From the IMG/VR virus record IMGVR_UViG_3300020049_007105, positions 1 to 64,000 of that record: DNA of 64,000 nt; one strand, 5' to 3'. Below the pieces are notes generated by a model. That model saw nothing but the letters and a program-made list of their open reading frames with translations, searched no databases and was not told the origin of the DNA. This document shows, piece by piece, positions 50,077 through 59,679 of the stretch (the stretch's first letter is position 1; every line of letters begins with the position of its first letter). Origin of the DNA: a virus. Taxonomy: Duplodnaviria > Caudoviricetes. The position numbers were made by a program, and so were the translations under genes.

Positions 50077-51282
50077 ATGGCAATTAAGTCCGGCAACATT
50101 ATCCATGATGTGCATGGATTCGTCATCGACCGAGTTCAGAGTGCGGGTGGGTCCATTGATGTCCCTACCACGAAGATTGATGAGCTTGGTAACTACGAGT
50201 CCGTTGCGACCATTCGTGACATTCCTGACCTCCAGTTCAACCTTGAATCCTTCGATGCTTCCACTGAGATTGAGGCTTTGATTTGCGGCTTTGATCCGAC
50301 GACCACCTCTGCGGGCCAGGCGTTTGATTTCCGTAATGCCAAGGAGTTCGGTATCCGTAGCCCGTTCAAGTCGGGTACGACCTTTACTGTTAATCATGGT
50401 GTGATCTTGCCTTGGCTGACTTTGGAGTCTGCTTCGTACAGCTTTGGTCTGGCTGACAATGCTACGCAGACGTTCAACTTCCGTGGCGACTCCATCTTCT
50501 ATGTGCCTGGTTCGCCTCGCTATGAAGAGTTCACTGTTATTGATGAGGGTCCGTACACTCTCACTGATGACCCGGCCATCAAGTTCACTCAGGCTGGCAA
50601 CTCTGTTTACGCCCTGTCGGTTGTGCTTGTGGACAGTGTTACGAAGAACCAGCGTCGTTTGAAGGCTGGCGCTGACTATGCGAGCACGGCTACCACTTTG
50701 ACTTTGACGGCTGACCCGGTTGCCGATTTCGACACGATTCGTGTGTACTACGGCTCGACTGATGCTGACACGTTCAACCAGACTGTTCACCAGGGTGTAT
50801 CTGTCAAGCCTGCTGCGGTTCGCGGCAAGGACATTGATATCTATGTCGCTAACACTGCTGGTACTGTGTGGACCCGCTGGACGAGTGTCCAGTCCTTCTC
50901 GGCTGACTGGTCTGTGAGCCTTGAGAGTGATGAGGAGTTTGGCAACACCGAGCGTGTTTCCTACGGCTACTCCGACACTCCGGCTACGACTGGCTCGATT
51001 GGTGTGAAACCTCGTGACGCCAGCGACCTGTGGGAGAAGCTGAGTGTGATCAGCGGCATTCCTACGACCGACGTGATTGGCACCCAGGCTGCTGTTGCCT
51101 TGCCAGTCCGTGCGGTTGTCCGTGAGCCTAATACGGCCAACGTCATGAAGACTCTCACGATCCCCAAGGCTCGCTTTAAGGTTCCTTCACTGGAGCCTAG
51201 CGTGAACCAGAAGCTTGAGGTCAGCTTTGAGTTTGAGTCTGATGACGGTGTGATGACGGTTACGAAGGGTATGCCCGCCTAA
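50077..51282 (+). CDS. major tail protein
   Basis: 401 aa, IDELGN/EEFGN repeats, biased codons; precedes chaperone and tape measure. Confidence 0.75.
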   Translation: MAIKSGNIIHDVHGFVIDRVQSAGGSIDVPTTKIDELGNYESVATIRDIPDLQFNLESFDASTEIEALICGFDPTTTSAGQAFDFRNAKEFGIRSPFKSGTTFTVNHGVILPWLTLESASYSFGLADNATQTFNFRGDSIFYVPGSPRYEEFTVIDEGPYTLTDDPAIKFTQAGNSVYALSVVLVDSVTKNQRRLKAGADYASTATTLTLTADPVADFDTIRVYYGSTDADTFNQTVHQGVSVKPAAVRGKDIDIYVANTAGTVWTRWTSVQSFSADWSVSLESDEEFGNTERVSYGYSDTPATTGSIGVKPRDASDLWEKLSVISGIPTTDVIGTQAAVALPVRAVVREPNTANVMKTLTIPKARFKVPSLEPSVNQKLEVSFEFESDDGVMTVTKGMPA

Positions 51283-51346
51283 TCACACTCTCCCGTTTGG
51301 GAGAAACATATCTGCCGCCTCCCTCCCTCCTCCTAGCGGCACTTGA

Positions 51347-51387
51347 GAGAGCCTTGCCGGTCTTGTGGTGTGACCGGCAAGGCTCTC
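51347..51387 (+). terminator. major tail terminator
   Basis: 16-bp perfect stem GAGAGCCTTGCCGGTC/GACCGGCAAGGCTCTC followed by GTATTTT. Confidence 0.75.
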
Positions 51388-51445
51388 GTATTTTCGATAT
51401 AGTTTGTAACACCCGTTGTACTGTAACAGAATATTGGAGACATAA

Positions 51446-52560
51446 ATGTCCGCTGCGAATTCGCTGGTTAAGAAGTCCCTGCTTGAGCTTTATACTACTG
51501 GTATGGAGTACACCATTCCTACCAACCCGGATGAGGAGTTGGCTGAAGGTGAGGAGCCTGAGGGCATCAAGGTTTGGCTCAAGAAGCTGAGCACTGTAGA
51601 GAAGCGTGAGGCTGTGAATCACGCTCAGAAGAAGTCCGCACCCCGGCAGCTTTTGAAGAAGGCTAACCGTGATGATATTGATAAGGCCCCTTATTACTCT
51701 TCGATTGCTGATCTGTCTCGTGACGACATTCTGATGTGGATTGTCGAAAAGAAGCTTGGCAACTTCGAGGATGAGATTGCTGCTGAGCTTGCTACTGAGG
51801 ACGACTGGAAGGACCATGACCTTGAGTCCCTTCTGGCAGCATGGATTGAGGATGGCCTTCGTGACCGCTTCATGGATGGTGAGGAGCTTGAGGGTGAGGA
51901 TAAGCGGGTCATTGAACTGTTGCAGCAGTTCGAGGCTGAGGTCGCCATTAAGAAGCAAGAGATTTTGAACGATCAGCGTGAGCTGTATATCAATAAGACT
52001 CAGGAAGAAGTCGAAGATGAGGTTGTTGATCTCCTGATCGAGAATGACGCTTCAGTTCTGTGGGTCGAGGAGTTCTACAACTACCGAATTTTCATGGGTG
52101 TTCGCACTCTTGAGGATCACAAGGTCAAGGTTTTTGATTCGATTGAAGAGGTTGAAGATTTGCCTAATGAACTTGTTCAGCACTTCAGCACTGGTTTTGA
52201 GCGCTTGGAGGTCGGTAACTCTACCGATGTAAAAAGCTAGGCGGCTGCAATCACTTCCTAATGCTTGCTAGAGCCGCACAGAATGGTCAGGGTGTTCCTC
52301 TTAAGCCTGACGGTTGCGACAACAACGACATCCCCTATGACTTCCAAGAAGCTGTAGACCAAGCGTACCGTATTATCTCTTGGTTGGACAACCTTCCATC
52401 TAAGGAAATTCCCCCTATTTGGATGTGGCCTTTTGACAATAAAACCAGTGAATGGTTTGATGCTGTCAAGAAGAGCCGTGATGAAGGTGGTCCAGGTCCC
52501 GGTGAAGAGGGAAATATGATGCAAAACGAGCTTACTAAGGGCCGAGGTAAGGACTCGTAG
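51446..52560 (+). CDS. tail assembly chaperone G (51446-52240) and -1 frameshift product GT (to 52560)
   Basis: GTA AAA AGC TAG at the end of ORF1; the -1 frame is open from 52219 to 52560; canonical position before the tape measure. Confidence 0.75.
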
Positions 52561-52598
52561 TAACGATATTAGGTTAGAGTCTAAGAAAAAGGGTTTAC

Positions 52599-55500
52599 AT
52601 GGCTGGTTCAGACTATCTTCTAAATTTCAGAAGTAACGTATCCCCTGTCCTTTCTGATCTTCGGAAGGTTGAAGTAGCTGCCCTTAAGGCACAGAATGTT
52701 GCCCGTGGCGCTACGAAGTCTACACCTCTCACTCCGGCTCAGCAGGCTGGTGGTGTTCTTGGTGTTGGTGTTAATCCCCAGGACACCAAGAAGTCTCTTG
52801 CTGCCACTAAGCGAGCTATTGGCGAGCAGGTTGCTGCTGCTAGAGCCCTCCAGGTGGCTCAGGGTGAAACTCTAGGGAAGCTGTCTAAGGGAAAGCCTGT
52901 TTTTGCTGGGTCTAAGAAGACTCTTGGTGAAGAATTCAATCTCAAGTCAGTGGCAGCTAGGTTTAAGGTTGATGCTGGTGAACTAGAGCGCTCTATTCTT
53001 GCCAGCTCTGCCAGGATTAGCTCAGCTTACAACAAGATGCTGTCTGGGCTCAAGCCGGGACTCGACCCCCAGGCTGCGGTAAGGGAGCGGTACCGAAAGA
53101 GGCTTGAGACAGCTAAGCCTGTTCAAGATTTGGTGCCTCAGGGTCCCAGAACTTTTACCGCCCCGACGCCGGTTTCCCCCAGGTCTACTTTTACAAGCAC
53201 AGGTCGAGCACTAGAGAATCTAAATAAGTTCTCTGGACAACCTTTAGGACTGGGTGGACCAGGAGCTAAGGCTACGGCAGCTAAGCAGAAGGAGCTTGCT
53301 GCTGCTATTGCTAGGACTACTCGTGCAACCGAGGCTGCTTCTGTTCGTATCGCTGGCCTTCTAAGTAAGGGTGAGGCCGCTGCGCTGAGTGCTAAACTCC
53401 GCAAGGTTGGTGACGGTGCGTTGGCTGGAAATATTCCTGGTCAGCTCACTGGCGTTTCACCCCAAGATCGGGTTAACGCTAAGGTTGACCGGGATTTCGG
53501 TAGCCAGCTTCGCAGCATTAATAAGAATGCTACCGCTAAGTTCGGGGCTGATGTAGCTCCTCAGAAGATTGCTGCGGAACTTCAGCGGGTTGCAGCCCTT
53601 CCTAGCGATCTTGTCGCTGATGAGATCGCTCGTTTGGACTCCGCTCTCAAGGGTGGTAGGGGTAAAACTGTTGATGCTGGTACCGCCTATGGCTCTCCAT
53701 TGCTTGCCGATGCTAGCGCTGTTGACCACAAGCGTGTCTATCAGGAGCACAAAGAGGCATATGGGGCAGTAAACAAGAGGCTTAAAGAGACGACCAAGCC
53801 CATGGAGGGCTTTAGACGTGAGGCTTCACAGCTTAATGGCGTGTTTGCTCAGAGTCGTTCCAGGATTCGTAATGGCTTTGCTGGCTTTGTAGACACTTTG
53901 GCGGGTCAGTCTAAGGTTATCGGTTCAAGCATTGGCCTAGGCGAGGGTGCTCAAGAAAAGAAGGCCCTGAATCGACAGGGTGCTGGTGGACTCAAGGGCA
54001 TGATGGGGGCAGGCATTCAGTCTGCTCTCCAGTACACTCTTCCTTCCCTCGCCCTCTTCGGTGCAGGCAGGTTCCTCAGCAACTCCTTCAAGGAGGCCGA
54101 GGAATACATGAAGGCCATGAAGCTGGTTGAGGGCCAGATTGAAAGTTTGATGGCCGCTCAGTACTCAGGCGCTGAGGCAACTCAGAAAGCCCGTGAGGGC
54201 ACCGAGAAGATGTCTAAGTCGATTCGCGAGACTGCGGCCGCTTACGGTATTGAGGCTGACATTCAGGCCAAGGTGGAGTCTCGTTACGTTGGCGCCTTCC
54301 AAGACAAGTCCATCGGTGGTTTGAGTGGCCTAAGTCTTGCAAGTGAACAAGGCAAGGGCTCCGCTAAGATGGCAGCAGTCCTTGGTATTAGCCCCGATGA
54401 GTTGACTGATGGTGTTGTTGCCATTTCTCGTGCTTACGGTATCCTGTCGGAAGATATTGGTGACACTGCATTGGAAATGCAGGAGTCTCTTGGTATTGAT
54501 GCTGGTGACACCGTGGCAGTTCTTGGTGATGTGTCCGCTGTTGCCAAGGAGGCTGGTATCGGCTTCGAGGAACTGTCAGGCATTATTGGTGTTACGCTCA
54601 AGAACTCGGGACGTCCAGCAGCGGAAATTGCTGAAGCCTATACCCGTGTCCTTCCATTCATCTCTCAGCAGAAGACCGAACTCCTTGAGATGTCTTCTGC
54701 TGTTAAGGGACTGAATACTGACACCTTCAAGATGGCTGTAGCCAATGGAGATAACCTGACTGTTCTCCAGCAGCTTGGTAAAGCCTACCAGTTGGCTAAC
54801 AAGGAGGGCCGTAAGCAGGACGCCCTTTCTATCGGTAGCATTGTTGGTGATGAGCGACAAGCCAAGGCTGTCTTTCCCTACCTGGCTGACATTAAGGGGG
54901 CAGACACTCTTACTGAACGGTTGAAGTCGGGTAGTCAAGATGGGGCACTTGAGGCCCGCTATCAAGAAATTTCTAAACTGATCACCCAGTCGATGAAGGA
55001 AACCTCAGAGTCTTTCAAGCAGCTCTCCAAGGTGTTTCTTGAGTCAGGCATTTCGGATGCCCTAGTTGCGATCATTAGGGGTTTCGGTACTCTCGCCGAA
55101 ATGCTCACTACCGTTGCCCAGAAGTTCTCGGGCGTTTTCTCAATCATGGTCAAGGCTGGCATTGCAGCAACTGCCCTTGCAGCCGCAACTTCGCTTGTAG
55201 CACAGGCACAGCTCTGGGCCACCAAGTCTACTGTCGTGAAGGGTGGCGCTGACCTTCTTTCTCGTTCGGGTAGCAGTATGCTTGCGGGTTTTGGTGCCTC
55301 TTTGAAGAGTGCTGGCCCTGCTGGTGCTGCAACAGCGAGTAAACTAAGCCTAGACCTGGCATCCGGTGCCAGTGGCGCAGCACTGCCAGCAGCCGCCAAG
55401 GCTTCTGCTCAGAAGGCTGGCGGTAAGATTGCTGCGGATGTCTCTGGAGCCGTCATACTGGGTGCTGCCCCCGCTGCTGGCGCCAGTGCGGCAACTACTG

Positions 55501-58500
55501 GCGCTAGCAGCGCCCTGGGAGCCGCTGTAGCGTCCAGGCAGGGCGGGGGTGGCCTCTTCGCTGCCTCCCGTGCTGCTGCCTCTAAGGGCTCTGTGAACCT
55601 CGCCAAGAGCTTTGTGGCACCCTTCACTGCGGGTATGGCGGGCGGCTTTAAGGCTGGCTTGAGTGCTCTCGTGGCGAGCCCTGCTGCCCCTGTGGCTATT
55701 GCTGCACTTGGTATTGGTTATGCAGCTAACAAGAAAGCTAAGTCGCTTGCCGAAGAGTCAATTAAGAGGCAGAATAAGACTTCTAATAAGATCAATGATG
55801 CCAAGACTGCTGCTGAAGCTGCACAGGGGACGGCTGCGGAGAGGGCTAGGCTGGAAGAGAGCTTCGAAAATGACATCCTGGATAGAGTTGGCCTGAACGA
55901 TACCGGCTGGATGGGTGAGGTCAACAGGATGAACCCTGTGGCGTTTGGTAGGGCTGGTATCGAGGCTGGTTGGGATTATGCTACCGGAAAGAAGGGGAAT
56001 AAGGACAGGGAGAGGGACCAGTACTTCTCTGACCTAGAGAATAAACTCGCTGGCGAAAACGAAACCTTTGAGCAGTTAGATGCCCTATTTAACAGTGAAA
56101 AGACCGAAGATTTCGCTAAAGAGATCAATGAAGTCTTTAACAGGTATGAGGGTAGGGTTAAGGACGGAAAAGTCAACACTGCCGTTCCTGAAAAGTTTGC
56201 TATTGAGCAAGCGTTGTTTGCTCAATTGTATAATGACCAGGCTGCTATTCAGGCTGGTATCATAGACAAGGTCACGGGCAAGGTCACTCTGACCCAAGAG
56301 AACCTTGAGGGCTTGGCGGCAGCGACTCAGAGTGATGACCAGCAGGAGTCTACTGCTGCACTGGCAACACTCAATCTCTTGCTGGGTTCTACTGGCAAGG
56401 CAGCCTTCAAGAATGCTGGCGATGTAGCTTCAGGTGTAGACAAGGACTTTCTTGAGGCTCTGGCTGAGGCGACGGGCAAAACTGATGAACAGAACAAGGA
56501 GATCGAGAAGATCGCCTATTCTGTTGAGGAGACTAAGGCCCTTCTCGATCAAGGTAAAATTTCAACTGCTACCTATTTAAATAAGCTTGCTGAGGCTCGT
56601 GAGGGTCTGGAGCTTCTTGTAAAAGAAGACCCAAACAACAAGCAGCTTCAGGCGGATTTGAACAAGGCTGCCACTGCTGAGAATGAAGCTAAATTGAAGA
56701 GGGCAACCGACCTCTTAGACTCTAGGATTGCGAACCTAGACACAGTTTTCGGTACTGAGGATTCTGCCGAGAAGGATTTCGCCGGTATTTCTACTGTCAG
56801 AAGGACTTTGAAAGAAAATCCAGAAATTGAAAAGAGTCCTGAAAAGTTCACTGAGCTTGCCAAGCAGCTCAATGACTACCAAAGGTCGATCGCTCAACGT
56901 ATGGTTGATAATGCCGTGGACGATGGCGACCTCAAGAAAGCTAAGGAGATTGCTGAGAAAGGCTATGAGGTTCCAAAAGAGTACCAAGAGGCAATGCTTG
57001 GTGTTGAATTTCAGAATAGTGACAACAGTAAGCTGACTTCGCTGATTGATTCTATTTCGTCTCAGACAGAGAAGAATGGGGCCATGTTCCTTGCTGGGCT
57101 TACCTTAATGAGTAACGCTCGTGCCATAGAGGCTGCCAAGGCAATGAAGAACCTCCTTGAGGCTCAGTTCATTACCAGGAATAGTGACGTACTCCTGGAA
57201 GACATGAATAAGGCTATGTCTGGAGAGGAACCCTTCTTTGCCGAGCCCGACAAGAAGAAGCCCGCTTATCAGGTTGAGTACGAGAAGGCCCAAAAGGGTT
57301 TAGATGAATTCATTAAGTCCAAGCGTGAAGGAAGTCTAGAGAAAGATTACGGGGTTACTACGCCCAAAAAGGGCGCCAAGGGCAAGGTTAAGGGGCCAAC
57401 CGACAAAGAGATTGCCGAAGACGAGAAGAAGAAGGCCGAAGAGGCAGAGAAAAAGGCCGAGGAAGCGAAGCAAAAAGCCGAAGAAGCTCGTCAGAAGGCT
57501 AAAGAGGACGCTCAATCCCGTGTTCAGAATGCCATTGACAGAGCCAAGTCTGTTTCCCGTAAGAATCCGCTGGCTTTGGCGCAATTGGATGTCCAGCAGG
57601 CCACTCAGCTTCTGGCTATCGCTAAGAGCTACGGTGACGCTTCAGAGATTGAAGCCGCCATTACTGCTTCGCTCCAGGCGCAACACGCTCGGGAAGATGC
57701 GCTAACAGCCATCGCTGAGTCCCAGCGAGATATGTCTTTTGAACTCCAGAAGCTACAGTTCCGTAAGGATGTTGTAAAGACAGCTCAAATTGACTCGCAG
57801 TCTGCTTTGGCTAGAGCTGAGGCTGCTGCAAAGACAGGTAATGTCATTGAGTACAATACCGCTATCGTTGCCTTAAGGCAGGCCGAGGCGGTTCTGAATG
57901 ATGCTATGAGTGAGCGAGCGCTGGCTGTCTACAATACGACGGTTGACTTGTGGAAGCTTGCACGGAGAGAAGACCCTGTTGCTCAAGCCTCTGGTGAGGT
58001 TTCAAAGGCACTGGCAGCCCTGAATTTTGCTCAAGCTTCTGGGAATCCAGATGAGGTTCGTGACGCTGGTCTGGCTGTGTATCAGGCTAAGGCTGAGATG
58101 GCTGATGCTGTGAGAGACGCTGGTAGGCAGCGCATCGAGGACTACTACTCTCTTCTGGAACTCCAAGCTCAGGGCGACCCTGTGGCGGTTGCGAATATCC
58201 AGATTCATAAGGCATTCCAGCAGTTGGCAATGTCTTCCCAGGCCACCATGGCTGCCGATCAACAGGCCATGATTTCTGCTCAGCAGGCCATGAAGGATGC
58301 CAATGTAGACATCATGCGTAGCACTATTGAGTTCCAGAAGGCCGCTGCTGATCCTGAGGATGCTGTGGCTCAGGCTGAACTTGACGTGAAGATGGCTGAA
58401 CTTGAGGTCGCTGTCGCTTCAGGTCAGGCAGCTAAGACTCGTGCTAGGGCAAGGTTGATTGAAGCTCAGAGGTCCCTCCAGGAGGCTAAGAAGTCTCTGA

Positions 58501-59294
58501 ATCAGGGGGAATTCGAAGCCTATATCAATCTCTTTAAAGCCTTCTATGACATGAATGACATCGCTATCGCTCAGATGGATGTAGCGCTGGCTGACAACAA
58601 GATGAAGGAAGCTAAGACTAAGGCCGAAAGGATTAACGCTCAGGCTGATAAGATTAGGGCTCAGCAAGGTCAGGCCAACGCCCTGAGGGAAATTCAAGAG
58701 GCTAATGACAATCTGGCTCAGGCCATGCTTGAGTTTGTTGGCGACTCTGTTGCGGCTTCTGATTATGCCGTAGTGGCTGCTCGCAGAAACTTGGATGACA
58801 TTCTAGCCAAGTATCGTTCAGGTAAGGCTGATGGCGGTGATGTGGCCGGTGCCAGGGCTGAGTTGACGAATGCTCTCGGTCGCCAGCGTGATTCCATTCT
58901 GAATGACAAGAAGGATCAGTACAGTTTCCTGTACGACATGGAGAAGATTTCCAAGTCTCAGTATGTGGCGTATCTTGAACAGCTCCGCCAGATGCCTGAT
59001 CTCACCCAGGACCAGCTTCGTGACATTGAGCGCCAGATCAAGGGGCTCAAGGATGACTTGGGTGCCGACCTCCAGTTCAACCTTCCGAGCATTTTGTCCA
59101 TGCCTGGCTTCTACGAGGCTCGTAGGCTTGACCAGACTGCCCAGACCCCTGGTTACAGCATTGGTTATCAGGACAACCGTGACGTTCAGATCACGTTGAA
59201 TATCTCCAACGGTATGACTCAGCAAGAGGCTACTGACATGCTGGGTGCCGCACTTAACGATAATAGAACTGGTAACAGAATCGGGAGGTACTGA
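52599..59294 (+). CDS. tape measure protein
   Basis: 2231 aa, Ala-rich helical with a central hydrophobic stretch; synteny. Confidence 0.92.
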   Translation: MAGSDYLLNFRSNVSPVLSDLRKVEVAALKAQNVARGATKSTPLTPAQQAGGVLGVGVNPQDTKKSLAATKRAIGEQVAAARALQVAQGETLGKLSKGKPVFAGSKKTLGEEFNLKSVAARFKVDAGELERSILASSARISSAYNKMLSGLKPGLDPQAAVRERYRKRLETAKPVQDLVPQGPRTFTAPTPVSPRSTFTSTGRALENLNKFSGQPLGLGGPGAKATAAKQKELAAAIARTTRATEAASVRIAGLLSKGEAAALSAKLRKVGDGALAGNIPGQLTGVSPQDRVNAKVDRDFGSQLRSINKNATAKFGADVAPQKIAAELQRVAALPSDLVADEIARLDSALKGGRGKTVDAGTAYGSPLLADASAVDHKRVYQEHKEAYGAVNKRLKETTKPMEGFRREASQLNGVFAQSRSRIRNGFAGFVDTLAGQSKVIGSSIGLGEGAQEKKALNRQGAGGLKGMMGAGIQSALQYTLPSLALFGAGRFLSNSFKEAEEYMKAMKLVEGQIESLMAAQYSGAEATQKAREGTEKMSKSIRETAAAYGIEADIQAKVESRYVGAFQDKSIGGLSGLSLASEQGKGSAKMAAVLGISPDELTDGVVAISRAYGILSEDIGDTALEMQESLGIDAGDTVAVLGDVSAVAKEAGIGFEELSGIIGVTLKNSGRPAAEIAEAYTRVLPFISQQKTELLEMSSAVKGLNTDTFKMAVANGDNLTVLQQLGKAYQLANKEGRKQDALSIGSIVGDERQAKAVFPYLADIKGADTLTERLKSGSQDGALEARYQEISKLITQSMKETSESFKQLSKVFLESGISDALVAIIRGFGTLAEMLTTVAQKFSGVFSIMVKAGIAATALAAATSLVAQAQLWATKSTVVKGGADLLSRSGSSMLAGFGASLKSAGPAGAATASKLSLDLASGASGAALPAAAKASAQKAGGKIAADVSGAVILGAAPAAGASAATTGASSALGAAVASRQGGGGLFAASRAAASKGSVNLAKSFVAPFTAGMAGGFKAGLSALVASPAAPVAIAALGIGYAANKKAKSLAEESIKRQNKTSNKINDAKTAAEAAQGTAAERARLEESFENDILDRVGLNDTGWMGEVNRMNPVAFGRAGIEAGWDYATGKKGNKDRERDQYFSDLENKLAGENETFEQLDALFNSEKTEDFAKEINEVFNRYEGRVKDGKVNTAVPEKFAIEQALFAQLYNDQAAIQAGIIDKVTGKVTLTQENLEGLAAATQSDDQQESTAALATLNLLLGSTGKAAFKNAGDVASGVDKDFLEALAEATGKTDEQNKEIEKIAYSVEETKALLDQGKISTATYLNKLAEAREGLELLVKEDPNNKQLQADLNKAATAENEAKLKRATDLLDSRIANLDTVFGTEDSAEKDFAGISTVRRTLKENPEIEKSPEKFTELAKQLNDYQRSIAQRMVDNAVDDGDLKKAKEIAEKGYEVPKEYQEAMLGVEFQNSDNSKLTSLIDSISSQTEKNGAMFLAGLTLMSNARAIEAAKAMKNLLEAQFITRNSDVLLEDMNKAMSGEEPFFAEPDKKKPAYQVEYEKAQKGLDEFIKSKREGSLEKDYGVTTPKKGAKGKVKGPTDKEIAEDEKKKAEEAEKKAEEAKQKAEEARQKAKEDAQSRVQNAIDRAKSVSRKNPLALAQLDVQQATQLLAIAKSYGDASEIEAAITASLQAQHAREDALTAIAESQRDMSFELQKLQFRKDVVKTAQIDSQSALARAEAAAKTGNVIEYNTAIVALRQAEAVLNDAMSERALAVYNTTVDLWKLARREDPVAQASGEVSKALAALNFAQASGNPDEVRDAGLAVYQAKAEMADAVRDAGRQRIEDYYSLLELQAQGDPVAVANIQIHKAFQQLAMSSQATMAADQQAMISAQQAMKDANVDIMRSTIEFQKAAADPEDAVAQAELDVKMAELEVAVASGQAAKTRARARLIEAQRSLQEAKKSLNQGEFEAYINLFKAFYDMNDIAIAQMDVALADNKMKEAKTKAERINAQADKIRAQQGQANALREIQEANDNLAQAMLEFVGDSVAASDYAVVAARRNLDDILAKYRSGKADGGDVAGARAELTNALGRQRDSILNDKKDQYSFLYDMEKISKSQYVAYLEQLRQMPDLTQDQLRDIERQIKGLKDDLGADLQFNLPSILSMPGFYEARRLDQTAQTPGYSIGYQDNRDVQITLNISNGMTQQEATDMLGAALNDNRTGNRIGRY

Positions 59295-59295
59295 T

Positions 59296-59679
59296 ATGGC
59301 TAGAGTAGCCTTTAAGCTCTATGACCCAGATAACGCCTACACTTACAACATGGAGATCAACCCGAATGACTCGGGTACTCCAACCATGAGAAATACCTAC
59401 AACTACCAGACCCCTACGGCTGGCACTAACGGTCCTATTATTTCTCAGGGTGTAAGGGAGCTTAGGAAGCTGGATTACAGTGGGACTTTGCTCACTGAGA
59501 ATCAGTACAACCAGATGTTACTGTTCTCTGCCCGTGAATATCCTTGGCATATCACTGACGATTTGGGTCGCAAGTTTGCCGTTATGTGTGAATCATTCGA
59601 GCCAAAGAGGATTCCTAGTATCTCACACCCGTGGCGTCATGATTACACTTGGAACCTTATCGTCATTAAGGCGTTCTAA
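59296..59679 (+). CDS. distal tail protein-like (start refined)
   Basis: GGAGG RBS; INPN and DDLGR motifs; directly after the tape measure. Confidence 0.55.
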   Translation: MARVAFKLYDPDNAYTYNMEINPNDSGTPTMRNTYNYQTPTAGTNGPIISQGVRELRKLDYSGTLLTENQYNQMLLFSAREYPWHITDDLGRKFAVMCESFEPKRIPSISHPWRHDYTWNLIVIKAF

